Positions 1 to 15,019 are shown, counted from the first letter of the stretch. The stretch: 64,000 bases of DNA from the human T2T-CHM13v2.0 reference genome, Homo sapiens (GCF_009914755.1 NC_060926.1); one strand, 5' to 3'. The notes: generated from the letters alone by a model not told the origin. Translations and numbers: made by a program.

Positions 1-277
1 TAGCTTTTACTTAAACACTGTGGCCCCCAAATATTAGGATCTCCGGCCTGGGTTATTTAGAAAGCCCTTGAGAGATTTGAAATGATAATGAGTGATCTGA
101 AAGAAAAGGATAGGAACACACACCTGTTTCTTTTAAGAATAAAGCCTAGGCACTTGGAGTTACACCAGTCTAGGTCTCCAAAACTATGACATCCAAAAAA
201 AGCTATGGTAGAGAGTTTTCTGCCTGTACCAATTCTTACCTCTTAGGGTTGATTGCTAATAGACCGTTAGACGCTTA

Positions 278-631
<354 letters not shown>

Positions 632-779
632 TGCGGTGGAAATCGGGGGGGAATTTCCAATCTCAAGGCACCGCATCAGGCTCTGTCCTCTGTGACAAGA
701 GCTCTGCTAACTCAAGGAATGTGGTGTCCACTGCAAGGAACAAAGGTGGTTATGGGTTCCCACTGGTGCTCCTAGATCC

Positions 780-900
780 TTTGTTCTCAAGGGTGGGCCA
801 AAAACTGGCAGTTTCAGCAACACCTGGGAGCTTGTTAGAAATGCAGTCTCCTTAGGCCTGCTGATTCAGAATCTGGATGACCAGATCCTCACACGAGTCA
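780..900. mobile_element. MER5-like hAT-Charlie DNA transposon relic
   Basis: TTCTCAA...CAGCAACACCTGGGAGCTTGTTAGAAATGCAG...TGATTCAGAATCTG resembles the MER5A consensus; boundaries approximate. Confidence 0.65.
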
Positions 901-3900
901 CACAAGAGTGATGTTCAAGGAGCAGTTATAGGCTCAGCCTGTTTCATGGGCAGCAGTGGTGGCCACATCTTAGAGGGATTGTGTTGTGGGCATGGTCTTG
1001 CCGTGTTTTAGTTTAAGTTCTGATTTTCTATCATTTTTTTGATAAATTCTAATACAAAGTGATCTAGTTATATATCCATATGTCAGTATGTGATTTGGTT
1101 TTTTACCTTTCTGTGGGTATTCACGTTCAAGTGTATAGATCAGGAAAAGAATTCTTTATTATCTTCCATGAGGTCTCAGGATGGGAAGATAACAGTGCCT
1201 GTTGTATACAGTCATTATAGGACATGCTGGAGATAGAAGCAGTAAGACACTGCTTCTACATTTGATAAGTCTGGTCCAGGGAGATAAATATGTAAAGGGA
1301 AAACTTTATCTCAATAAACTACATCTCGTGATAGCATAAGGGACCAGAGAGAATAGCCTGTAGTTCTTTATCCCACTGCTGGGGTGTCACTAACAGTGTA
1401 CTAGGATAGATGGACAACTTTATATGATAAAGACAGTTTTAGAGCTTTACGAGACTTTTGACCTCTTCTGGGAGCTGTCCTGATTCCTCTTCAAACCGAA
1501 TGATAGCACCTTTTGTGTGTTAAGTAGCCTAAACAGTCATTTGTTTAGTTACCACCTGCTGGTGTGTAGCCTTAGGAGAAGAGTGTTTACTGTTGAGTGG
1601 TTGTTCTGCTCTGCCCCTTGGCTAAGGATTCCTGCTTTCCATTAAATGGAATGACTACCCTCTCTTTTTGTCTTTGAACTCAAATGGAAGTCATGTTATC
1701 TTTACATCTTTAAAGCTTTTCCTTCCAAATTGCCTAGTTGATGCATGGTCACTAATCCTTGTAGTAGAATTAACCCTAATTGAAGATTTAGCAGGTGGAT
1801 TTTGGCTCTCATAATGCAAGATGTCTTAAGAATTTTGCAGAAGAGAGATGCAATAACCATATAACATATCTCCTTTTTGTCCATAAGTATGGAACAAAGA
1901 CTATGTGGGAAACCAGAGTGTTTGCAATCAGCCTATTGCCTTTTCTTAAAAACTAGAAGTTCTTTTTCTATATTTCTCTCTGCTTGCTTTTACTGTATTC
2001 TTTTTCTATGTTTCTACTTGCTTTTACGTACTCCTTTGCTTTGGTGTCATAAACTTGGGATGAAATTGTATAGTTATTTACTAGCTAGGTGGGTTTTGGA
2101 AGTTCATTCTCTGAACCACACATGTAAAATGGGAAGCAAATATTTCAAGATGATGTTAAGAATGAAACGAGCTAGTGTAGACAGAAAGTCTGGTAGAGTT
2201 CATGCAGTCATTTACTTGATTTGAGCCCCTAGCGCCTAGCAGGCACAGTTCCTGGGAACTGTATGCTAGGCAGTGTGTTGAAATATGCTTACAGATAAAA
2301 ATGGACATGCCCTGCTCTTATGGGGTTTATGGTTCTTTAGTACATGACTAAAACACCAGCAGGGGCTGGGCAGGTCACACAGGCATGTAAAGCAGCCTGC
2401 ATGGGTTCTGTGGCAAATTGGAAAGCCATGCCCCAATTCTTCATTCCTGCCGAAGTCTTCTCACAGGAAAATGGTTCTGTGGTACCAGATAGTCCTATTT
2501 TTTTTTTTTTTTTGGAAAGGCCAGAAACTCAGATTTTTATGTGAAATCTCCATTTTTCAAATGTTGGTAACTAATAAACTTCCTAACCTCTGACTTCTAG
2601 TTTAGCATCAAATACCAAGGGTATATCCTTATCAATGAGTGTAACTGGTGTTGTGTTCTCTCTGGCCCATCAATGATAACACAAAGAATGGCTCCCATCT
2701 GCCATCCCATACTCTTTCCCACTGAAAAGAGACATCCTTGGGCTCTGTATTTCAGGGCTTTGCCTCTTCTCTCCTTGTGAATTATGGACTGCAACAGTGA
2801 GAAACTTGACCCTGGGGTGGCTCCTTGTCTTTGGGGAAACAAATAGTTTAAAAGGCCCATACTGGATTGAGCTCTGGGTATTGTCTTCTTACTACTCTGT
2901 TTTGGTTGCTCCTTCCTCTTGAGGCCAAAGATGAGAATCTGCAGTGGTAAGCTTCAGAGACTAGCTATTCCTGGCAGGTAGGACTTGACTTTTTACTCAT
3001 TCACTGCAGAGTTTAGCATGTATGAGCACTCAAATACTGAGCTACAAATTATTGCCTAAAACAAATAAAAAATAATACCTCTCAAACCTCTTTGTTAGTA
3101 TGGGTATAGGCTGTATTCTGGAAAAGGTAAACACTAACACATATCTACTTACCTTTGAATTGCATTGCCCATTCCTGGGTGTGACCTTGGGAGGGAAAAC
3201 TTTCTCAAGAAGGGAAGGCTCTTGGTTTACTCTAGGATCCTCTTCAGCTGTGATTTTCTTAGCATCTTGTATGGACTCAAAAGAGTTCTGGTTCGTGGCA
3301 GGTAGGGACCATTGTATTCTTCAGACCGTTCATGAGCTTTGGAGTGGCAGCTGGTGGTGGTAATGAGATGGTTTTGGCAATAGCTCTGGGGCAGAACAGG
3401 TGGAATGAGCCACATTATTTTACCTAGACAGGGCTGGTTGGCAGGCTTTTCACTCACCTGCCAGACATTAGGTAGACAGAATGCACCCTTGTTTAAATAC
3501 TCGAGACAGTGAGAAAATATCAAGACTCAAGGAGATGATTTCCATATGAGAATTTTACCACAAAATGGGACAAATTTTTACAGAAGGAGCAATCTTTTTG
3601 ATAAAAGAGGAAAGGTGGGGATCCTCTTGTCGTCATTTTAAGGCATAGTTTCAGAAGGTCACAGCATTTGTGTGAGACCAGTCACAGGAACAATGTGTGT
3701 TGGTGATGAGTGTGTGACTGTGTGTGTTTAGGAAGGTAGAAAAGAATGGGTGCAGTGGAAAGTAAGGTGTTTCTTGGAAGGGGAAAGTGACAGATTTCAC
3801 AGGAAAGTTGAGAGTTGTTCTTAGCATTGTAGATGCTTAAATGCTTAGAGTCTGCCCTTGGCAAATTATAGTGTAAGAAAAGCCCTGATAAAAATCCTTA

Positions 3901-4009
3901 TTTTTACTTTTGGTGCCCTAGTTGCCTAAAAGGTCCTCTAGCCAGAGAATAAACAAGTGTTTTTCTCCCGGATAAATATCTGACATTTTCCAGATGTTTT
4001 TGACTCTAG

Positions 4010-4661
4010 TACAAATGCCATTTATTGATTTATGGCCTCTCAACTTCACCCCTTTTTCTTGCTCTGTGAAAATGGATCTGGGCCTCTTGAATATTTTTCC
4101 TTTGCAGCTGGTACAATGTTAAGCTTTTCCAGTAGAGGGCGCTGGAGAAACATTGCAGAAGGCAGAGAGTTTTGCTTCCTGCTTTCCAGTGGTTTCTGGG
4201 AAGGCTCTTCCAGAGTGTGTCCTCTCTGGTGACCTTCTTTTATGATGTGTGGTGGCCAGCAGCTTCCTCTGGCACCCCCTTGGGGTGTCTTGTAGCGGAG
4301 TGTTGCCAGTGTGCTACCTCCCTGTGATCAGCTTTCCTGCACCATAGAGGGCACCACAGTGACTTTTCTGCCATCTAGTGAGTTGTAGTTGTGTCTTCTC
4401 CAACAAAGTCAGGGTCTCAGTCCCCCACCTGGTTATTTTCATGGATGTTTCATCTTCTTCATGGGTGTTTTCTCAGTCTGAGGGATAGTGGTTACTCCTT
4501 ATATCTGGCCTTTCTGTATGATCTAGAGTTCCTTGCATTACTTCTTACTAGTCAACATCTTGTTAGCAGAATCCCAGGTTGTAGTTAATAATTGTTTATG
4601 TTAAGCTTTTCCTGTTCAAATTAGTATGTTTTCCATCTGCTCATTGAACCCTAACTGATAG
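4010..4661 (+). mobile_element. ERVL solo LTR (LTR33-like)
   Basis: 3' end TAGTTAATAATT...TTAAGCTTTTCCTGTTCAAATTA...CCCTAACTGATA and internal AGTAGAGGGCGCTGGAG resemble the LTR33 family; 5' boundary approximate. Confidence 0.6.
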
Positions 4662-5544
4662 AACAAACCTTACAAAAAAAATATCAGGAAAAATTGTGGA
4701 AGACTCAGAAATGGGCAAAACAGATTAAAATCTAATGCAACCTTCTAGGTTATCTGTGTCTTTCATTTTCTTTGGACTGATTTACATTTTGGCAAGTTAT
4801 AGGAAAGTGATAGTAATGGAAATGGTTCTTGTTCATAGAATGGCACATGAATTTTGCCCAGTAGAGGTATTATTGATCCCTCCCAAAAAGCATTTTATAT
4901 ATTAACAGATCGGCATTCCTGATTGCCTACACACATGTGTGTTTCGTTTTCTTTGGACCTGTTTTAACATCTTTCTGGTTCCTGTATTAATTAATCAGCT
5001 AAATAAGATCTTTGCCGTGTTTATTTTATATTTGTAAAAGTCATAGTTTTATGTTTTAAAATATTCTATAACTGATAAGGAGCTTACAGGATATGCCCAT
5101 ATATGTTAAAAATGCCACAGAAAATGGAGATATGATTTGTTAGAAAGATGATTTAAATGCATTTTAATGCTTTATAACTGGACAGACATGGATGAAATCA
5201 TCTTATGAACTAAAAAGAAAAAGTATCACTATTATGTATCGAAAACAGAACATTCATAACATACCCACAGAATGGGAGAAAATATTTGCAAATAATATCT
5301 GGTAAGAGACCCGTATTTAGAATATGTAAATAACTCCTACAACTCAGTGACAAAGACAGATGAGCCAATTAATAAATGAGCAAAGGATCTGAACAGATAT
5401 TTCCCCCAAAAGAAAAACAAATAATCAGTAAGTACATGAAAAGATAAGATGCTCACTCTCTTTAGTCAGCAGGAAAATGGAAATCAAAACCACAGTGAAA
5501 TAGCACTTTACATCTGTTAGGATGGCTGTCATCAAAAAGACAGA

Positions 5545-6170
5545 TGGGAAAGATGGGGGAAGTGAAGGATAGGGAGAGATTTACTAAAACAGCAGCCCCC
5601 AAACTTTTTGGCACCAGGGACTGGTTTCATGGCGGATAATTTTTCCACGGATGAAGGGGTTGTTTTGGGATGAAACTGTTCCACCTCAGATCATCAGGCA
5701 TTAGATTCTCATAAGGAGTGTGCCACCTGGATCCCTCACATGCACAGTTCACAACAGGGTTTGTGCTCCTATGAGAATCTAATGCAACCGCTGATATGAC
5801 AGGAGGTGGAGCTCAGGTGGTAATGCTCACTTGCTGGCTGCTTGCCTCCTGCTGTGTGGCCCAGTTCCTAACAGGCCAAGGACTGGTACTGGTCCACTGC
5901 CTGGGGGTTGGGGACCCCTGTGTTAAAGGATACCAAATTACAGCTAGATAGGTGAAATAAGTTCTAGTGTTTCATACCACTGTAGGATGACTATAGTTAG
6001 CCATGATATATAGTTTCAAATAGGATATTGAACCTTGCCAACACAAATTGTAAATGTTTGAGATGATGGCTATGCAATTACCCTAATCTGCTCTTTATAC
6101 ATTCTATGTATTAAAACATCACTATGTACCCCTTGACTATGTACAATTATTTGTCAATTTAAAAAATTGT
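5545..6170 (+). mobile_element. L1MA-like 3' end fragment inserted into the older L1
   Basis: AAATTACAGCTAGATAGG...AAGTTCTAGTG...CATCACTATGTACCCC...TTTGTCAATTTAAAAAA is an L1MA-type 3' terminus; host L1 resumes near 6175. Confidence 0.75.
5590..5920 (+). mobile_element. MER1B hAT-Charlie non-autonomous DNA transposon
   Basis: Termini CAGCAGCCCCCAAAC and GGTTGGGGACCCCTG (imperfect TIRs); internal TTTTTGGCACCAGGGACTGGTTTCATGG and TTAGATTCTCATAAGGAG. Confidence 0.9.
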
Positions 6171-6354
6171 TAAAGAGACAAATAAGTGTTGGCAAGAATA
6201 TGGTGAAATTGGAACCTTCATACACTGGTGGTAGGAATGTAAAATGGTGTAGCTACTGTGGAAAACATTTTAGCAGTTCCTCAAAATGTTAAATACAGAG
6301 TTATCATATGACCCAGTAATTCTACTCCTAGGTATATACTCAAGGGGAATGAAA

Positions 6355-6376
6355 ACACACACACACACACACACAC
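6355..6376 (+). repeat. (CA)n microsatellite
   Basis: About 11 CA units seen directly. Confidence 0.9.
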
Positions 6377-6723
6377 CCATCAAGTCATACACAAACGCTC
6401 ATAGCAGTTTTATTCATAATAGTATCAATTGATGAATAGATCAACAAAATGTGATGCATCTATTCAATGGAATATTGTTTGGCTGTAAACAAAATGAAGC
6501 ACTGATATGTGCTACAACATTGGACCTTGTGAAAGAAAGCTGTCAAAGAACACTGCATATTATGATTCTATTTATATCAAGTGTCCAGAATAGGCATATC
6601 TATAGAGACACCAAAGTAGAATGAGTGCTTGCTTAGAGCTGGAGTGGGGAGGAGGAGGGGTTAGGAGGTGGTAGCTAAAGGGTGTGGGTTTCTTTTGCGT
6701 ATGATAAAATGTTATATGAAATT

Positions 6724-6813
6724 CTCTACAGCCACACTACCTTGAATGTGTCCAATCTGTTCTGATATTGGAAGCTAAGCAGAGTTGAGCCTGGTTGGCA
6801 CTTATATGGGAGA
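6724..6813 (+). pseudogene. 5S rRNA pseudogene, 3'-truncated (5S nt 1-90)
   Basis: Ungapped manual alignment to the remembered human 5S sequence gives about 70/90 identities (GGAAGCTAAGCAG, GCCTGGTT, ATGGGAGA conserved); many changes are CpG-type transitions. Confidence 0.92.
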
Positions 6814-9800
6814 AAAGTTATAAAGCTGATTGTTGTAATGCTTGTACAACTCTGAGCCCAGTAAAAACCATTATATTGTATATTTTAAATTGGTTAATTG
6901 TATGGTATGTGAATTATATTTCAGTAAACTGTTACAAAAAGGGTTTATAACCTAGACAAATAATTATCAAATAAACTGCATTCCTCTGTGGTGGGTGGTA
7001 AATGCTTCCTGTGTAGCAATGTACAAATTCCTATGTCAAGATCTTCATAGGCTGTCTTGATGTCTTCTCATGTGGAATTCTTCCTTTCACTTTGGAACAC
7101 CATTTCTTAAAGAGATTATGGCAAAGTGAAATAATTAGTTGCTTGATTTATTGATGGATGATTTCCCTCATTCACCCTCTGGAGTTCTTTTAATAGAAAT
7201 GTTAGAAACCCAGACCCTCTAGAACCTGTGGGGAGCAGCTTGGTTGAGTAGCTCTCTACCCACTGGAGGTATTTGGGGAAAGATCACTGGGTTTGTGGCT
7301 GGCTGTGAAAATGATCAGACCAGGGCGGGGCCAAGTGGCTGACATGGCTGAGTAGTGGCTGGTCCTTCTTGCCTGCTGTGCCGAGTTGTCTGTCCCCTGG
7401 TACTTTACACCCAGTGAGTTGAGGAAGAAGGAATTACCTCTCTAGACAAAGATCGTTCTGTCTGCAATATATGATATAGTACTATTGCTCTGTGGAAGCT
7501 TCAGGCAGCCATCCTCCCTCACAAACCAGCTCCTCCATTTTCCTGTCTTGGTGAATGACATGTCACCTTTTCCTCAGCTGCCCAAGCTGGAAGCCTAGTG
7601 GTCATTCTATACTCCTCCTCCTCCTCCTCCTCGTCTTCCCTCATTCCTTCCAGTTAGTCATTGCCCACTGTCCTGCTGATTTGACCTCTTAAGTATTTCT
7701 AGCATTTGGTTTCTTATTATGACTGGACTGCCACTACCCTGTTCAGGCCTTTATTGGACTCATTTCTCACCCGGATTTTCATGAGCCACCCTTCAAACCC
7801 ATCCTCTACACAGCAGCCAATATCAAATATGGTGGCCTCAGCACTGTTAAATGTCTTCAGTGATTTACCTGCCATTTGGTGGTGGTTCTTACTCAACAGG
7901 GGAGGAGTTTCAGATCATCTAGGAACCAGAACCCTTTTCAAAGTATTTAGGTGTATATCCTATTCTGGACCCATTAGCTGAAGAGGGGCCTTGGGAAAGG
8001 GCTTCTACATCTTGAAAAATCTCCCCAAACAGGATGATACCCAATAAGTAATGCTTAGAAAACAATTTATTTTGAAATAATTTCACAGGAAGTTGTAAAA
8101 ACAGTACAAAGAGACCCACGGACCCATCCTTCCCCAGATTTCATGCTCTGTTACAATACCAAACCAGGAAGTTGATACTAACAGGTTACTGTTTATAGAC
8201 CACAGACCTATGTAATGTTTTTTTAATGCCCATTTTTCTTGTTAGGTTGGAGTGTGGCACTTCCTGCTAACCTGAGATGTTAGATTATTTCTTAACTGGT
8301 GCACATTTTCATTTAAGAATGGCATGGGTCTTCTTGATTCTGTGGGTGGTGGTTGTTATGGTGTGTTATGGTGTGTCTTCTTGTATGTACATGTGTGTGA
8401 GATATTGGTGGCAATTACCAGTTTTTCCTTGCAGAGTGAATTATATCCCCAAAGAGTTTGCCAAGAATACATTTGAGTAATGTAATTCTGTCTAGTGACC
8501 TAAGGTCATAACTTTCTTAAGTTAAAAAGTTAAAACTGCCACAACAGGTTTTATGCTAGAAGAATAGTATAGACATTGATTCTTCTTGAATCCAAGATTC
8601 AGTTAGCTTAAAATGATGTCATCGTGAGTTGTTTTCCAGGTATGTGTAAATCTGACTTTGTTTTTTGTAGATTGTAAAATATAAGGGTACAGGGCTGGTT
8701 CTGTGTTTTATTTTGTTTTCTGTACTTGTTTTATTCATAAGTCTAAAATATAGTGTCTACCAGGGAATGGCTCTATGCAATGAATCACAGTGTAGTTTTG
8801 CTTTGAGAGATGGGGTATTACTATGGGTCATAATGAATTCAGTGGAATGGATTTCAGACTTTTAGGTGCTGACCCAGAAAATTCTTTGAAGTAGCAATCT
8901 TTACCAATGCTAGGAATTGGGCTAGTCTGCTTTGCTTCCTCATCAAAACTGATGGACAAGATAGAAAATGCCTTTTTATCAGTTGCAGTAACATTTTGCT
9001 GACACTTGGTGCATTTTTTTTATGTGTTTCACACAGATATGCTTACATCCTTTGAGAAAAGGAACTGAAGGGAAGAAAGAAAACCACAACTGCTTTAGAA
9101 TAAAACTAGGTCAGCAAAGGCAGATCTTAATGTATTTAGATCAGGCAGAAGGCTAGGTCCTTCCACCTTACTCACAGAGGCCTCTGGGGCTCATTGTAGG
9201 AGTCATGAGACTTCTCCAGTAACTCTCATCAAGGATCGGTCACTAGACTAGGCCCTTTGCAAATTTAAACCCTGCAGGTAGACATTTTACAGATAAGGAA
9301 ACTGGATCTTCATTTCTGTAACTTCAAGAGGGCACAGGGCTGGCTTATGTCAGTGCAGAGATTTTAATCTGAATCTAATTCCCAAGCCTCTCTGCCACAC
9401 CAGATTGCCTCTCTATTCATGCACAACACTCTAGGTTTGACTCTGGCTCTCTTGAATAATTCCGAAGCAGACTTCTAAGAGAGGATTGCAAAGGCCAACT
9501 TCTTTCACAGCTGAGAAGCTGCCTTCTGAGGTGTATCTCTGAGTGGAGAAATCAGAACGCTAGATGCTATGTCCTTTCATGATGGGTAATAATCTCATTA
9601 GAGCAGGGAGACTTTGTGGTCTAAAGAGAGAAGGAAACAGTCAGTTGAAAGTTGCTCATGTGTTTCATTTTTCTGTGTTTCTCATACTTTGTTATTGATG
9701 TGATGAAGTAGTTGGGGGCTGAGAAGGAAGCCGGGGATTGGGGGCAGGGGTTGGTGGGAGTCAAGACTTACAGGTTCTTCCAAGAGACTCCTAGAGCAGT

Positions 9801-10813
9801 GATGCCTATAGTTTGCAAGGGCACCACCAGCAGCCATCTTTATTAACCAAGGGGGCTACAAGGACTTTTCCCAACAGATATTAAGTAGTTAGTTCACAGA
9901 AAGATTTGAATCTCTTCCTTCAAGAAGTTTGAGTCTCAACAGGGAGCAGATCATAAAGCTAAAAGTCAAATGTATGTATATATCAAGAATTATAAGACTA
10001 TGGGGGTCCATACATAAGACACAGCAATGTGGCTCTGTCCTTCAACTAGGGTGACCAACGGGGACAAGTTTGTTCACCCTACCTTGACAGTCTTTGTGGC
10101 CCTGGGCAAGTCACTTAGGCTTTCTGGATTCTGAGGCCTGCTTCTCTCTCACCAGGTGCTTTTAAATTCCCTTCGTTTCTTGGGATTAGCAATAAGGTGT
10201 GACTAAGTCACAAGCTTGTGTTGGGTGGTGAATGAGGGCTGGAAGCCAGTGCTCAGAATCCTTTGAAAGTGATTAGCAGAAGTCAATATTTGAGAACAAT
10301 ACCAGCTGCTGTTTAGAAAGTCCAGAATAGTTGAGCAATTAGGATAAAGTAACAGACACCTGTCATGAGGTGGACTGAGCAGGTGAGTGAGATTGTAAAC
10401 TGCCTTCAATTCAAGGTCTTGTATATTTGCCTCAGTCTTTTTATAAGACTCCCCAGCTTCAAGTGCTTAGGGTGGTGGTTGTAAGGAAGGTTGCAGATGC
10501 GTTTTATTTGGACCACCAGAATTTTTTTTTTTAATCTAAATTAGCACCAGCATTTAAGAATACACAGATTTGACCAAAACTCTGGGTTTCTGGCTTCTTT
10601 GGAAAATTGGAAGATCTAGCTAACCCAGGCTGTCTTAGCTCAAGTTGTCTGGTGGTTAGAGCTGAGAAGTGGCTGCCCTATCAGAGGGGTGCCTGGTCTT
10701 TGGTTCAACACAGCCCCTGTCTCCCCTGCCATGCTCCCCGACCTCATACCTGTTTCTCTTCCCTCAGTACCCTTCTACCCACTTATCTGCCTGGGAAGGT
10801 GGTTATCTTAGAT

Positions 10814-10986
10814 CAATAGTTCTCAACTCTGACTGCACCTTAGAGTCTCTTGGGATTGCTTTAAATTATACTGCTTTCCTGGCCCTGTGTAGACCAATTG
10901 AATTATGATCTTGGGGAGGGCTACCATTTGTATTTAAAACGTCTTCCAACATGATCGTGATACCCAGTGAGGGTTGAGAAACGAGT
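10814..10986. mobile_element. MER5-like hAT-Charlie relic
   Basis: Termini CAATAGTTCTCAAC and GGTTGAGAAACGAG form imperfect TIRs about 170 bp apart. Confidence 0.65.
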
Positions 10987-11917
10987 ACCTCAGCTTGATC
11001 CTTGGGTGGGTTTTGATGGAGAGAGAGAAGAGCCACAGAGCAGAGGAATTGAGGAAAATAACCTAACCCAATCGACAGGGCCGGTAACACCATGAGCTAA
11101 ATGTTAACTGAACACCCTGGGAAAAATCAGGGCACTTTAAAAAAATGAATATCCAAATGGTGTATTCATGGCACGTTTTGCTAAGGTATTAATAAACTCT
11201 CCCCACCCCAGATCCTGCTGTACTGCTGTAGGGATTTAAATCATTGTAATAATAATAGGGGTTTTTTTTTTTTGCATGGAGTGATTATAGAAGTATTTTT
11301 AATGGGCTTATAAATCTAGTGGTCATGAGAGGCAAGTGACATAGATTTAGTGTATTTGAGGCAAGGGATAAAAGGGGAGGGGGCACAGTCAAATTAGCTT
11401 TGGTTTTCTGTTTTGCATAATGACTTCATTCATCTATAATTCTCACTGTAACTCAGTTTCTGTCTTGCTCCCCCTCCCCTTCCTACCACGATCACATTCT
11501 AGGCTGTGAGTGTCATCATTCTGAAGTAGTGAAAACATCCAAGTAGCTGGAAAATACAGACCTGTTTTTCTCAGTTAAGTTGAAAATGGAAGAGCCTCAG
11601 ACACCACCTATTTCTGCTGCTTAATTTTATGGGCATACAAAACCAAAGTTTTGAGATGTGGCTTGTTCAAAGCTCTGCCTCTAGCCCTGTAACTCTGCGC
11701 AGTGTTCAGAGTTGTTCTTCACGGGTCCCATGACTGCAGAGAAAGCTTGGAGCTTGCAGGCAGTGGTTCCAGGAACTTCTTTTTCTTCACCTTTTATTCC
11801 TGGTGTTTAGCCTGGACCTTGAGATTAGTTGGAGAGATATGAAGGGATGAGACCCAGTTTAGGCCACAGGATCTCCATGAAACCTCTTGAGGCTTCTCTG
11901 CAGCCCAAAAGAGTCTC

Positions 11918-12247
11918 TGATATGGTTTGGCTGTGTCCCCACCCAAATCTCATCTTAGTAGTTCCCATAATCCACATGTGTCGTGGGAGGTAATTTAATC
12001 ACAGAGGCGGTTACCCTTATGCTGTTCTCGTGATAGTGAGTCCTTACAAGATCTAATGGTTTTATAGGGACCTTCCCCCCCCTTTTGCTTGGCACTTCTT
12101 GCTGCCACCATGTGAAGAAGGACATGTTTGCTTCCCCTTCCCTGAGGCCTTGGCAGCCATGCTGAACTGTGAGTCAAACCTCTTTCCTTTATAAATTACC
12201 CAGTCTCGGGTATGTCTTTATTAGCAGTGTGAGAACAGACTAATACA
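11918..12247 (+). mobile_element. THE1-family MaLR solo LTR
   Basis: Starts TGATATGGTTTGGCTGTGTCCCCACCCAAATCTCATCTT, ends GTGTGAGAACAGACTAATACA. Confidence 0.92.
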
Positions 12248-12654
12248 GGGACACGCCAATAGGGCCCCTGATTTCAGCATGTTCTGGCTGCTCTGTGGGA
12301 GTGGTGGTGGGTGTGTGCATGGTTGGAGGATGTTTCTAAGTGCAGGGACTCTGTCTTGTACCCTCAGTGTTTTCTCCTCAAAACTTTAGCATCATTGGGA
12401 GCACCCAGTAAGCCCCTTCCATGAATATTTGTCTGATGAGGTTGCAACTCTCTAGTTGGCCTCTTATCACCCTTTTATATAGTTTTCATCCTGTGGAAGA
12501 TACTCTAATGTCACTTTAATATAATTGCAAGAGAAAAATAGTAAGATTTGATATCTTTCTAAACTAACAAATGTGCTAGTAATCTCTCCTTTTCCTCAGG
12601 ATAGCCTTTGCAAGTTTGAGGTAGGTAGGATAGGTAGGTTATGTAGAAGGAGTA

Positions 12655-12657
12655 TAT

Positions 12658-12698
<41 letters not shown>

Positions 12699-12706
12699 TG
12701 TGTGTG
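12655..12706 (+). repeat. (TG)n microsatellite with CG interruption
   Basis: Long TG run seen directly. Confidence 0.95.
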
Positions 12707-13085
12707 AATTTTTACCCTCTTGGTCTGTACTTGGCTGCTGAGCCCTAAAAGAATTGTTTTGCTCACTGCCTAAATTTTACTTGTGCCTCCTAATGTCTTT
12801 GAAATTAAGTCCCTCGTGTGAGACTTCCCACTCAGCCATTCTGGATTCTACTCTCTGTCATGGGAGGCAAGACACCTCCTAGCAGAGATGCTCCACTGGC
12901 TGGGGGAAGGATATAAGTAAATGTTTGCAGAATAATCTGGGAAGTTTTCTTTTTAAATTTCCAGATATAAACCAAACCTGCAATGACAAAAGCAGTACTG
13001 GGGGAGGAGGATAAAGGAGAAACTGCTTTTTGAAACATTCCCCAGGTGGGAATTCATAATACCTACCTGGCTCATTTGAAAATAG

Positions 13086-13530
<445 letters not shown>

Positions 13531-14061
13531 TCCTTTTTTTCTTTTTCTAGACTTGTTCCATTTATTCATTTCATAAGTTTGGAGACCTTCTAAGCGTGAA
13601 GCTCTCTGAGAGGTACTGAGGCACTAGAGAACACTGATTAAAGAGCCTGATGCCCAGTCTACAACAGCTGTACTACCTGGTAGCTGTGTGACATTGAACA
13701 GATTGCTTAGTTCTTTGTGCCTCAATTTTCCCTACTCTGAATGGAGATGGTTAGTACATACTTCACAGGCTTAGAGTAAGCATTGGAAGAGAGAAAGTCT
13801 GTTAAGGATCACGGTCCATAATTGTTAGATTTTCTTATAGTGGTAATTAAGATCATCTTACCTTCATAGAGCATAAAGTTAGGTGGAAACATAAAGGAGA
13901 GGTTCAGAGGAGAAGCAATGTGATAGCAAATGACACATGTGGCCTTTGACCTTATCTGTGCTTTCCCCACCTCATCATGTCTTGTTTATGTATCCTTGTC
14001 AGGAGTTCAGCTATAAGACTTTTCTGGGATCATCCCACAAATCTGTATTACATCCTGTTTA

Positions 14062-14779
<718 letters not shown>

Positions 14780-15019
14780 CTGTTCTTTTCTGCTCTATAT
14801 ATCTTGGGGTTTCCCCCTCAGTATTATCAATTACTTTTTGGGGCTGTCACCTTTGTTGGGGAGCTCCCTCATTCTTCTTAAATTCCTAATCTGATTACTA
14901 CTAGAATAGAACCAAAGGTTACCAGAGAAACCAAATAACCAGACTTGTTAAATCAATAACCTTGATTTATGCAAATCACTTAATAGTCTGAGCTGTCTTG
15001 AGGAAAGACTGTTGACATC

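Larger units (their letters stand above)
5260..6935 (+). mobile_element. Old L1 (L1MB-like) ORF2 end and 3' UTR, interrupted by nested insertions
   Basis: GAATGGGAGAAAATATTTGCAAAT, GAAATCAAAACCACAGTGA, ATATGACCCAGTAATTCTACTCCTAGGTATATAC and terminal GTATGTGAATTATATTTCAGTAAAC are characteristic L1M segments. Confidence 0.85.
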
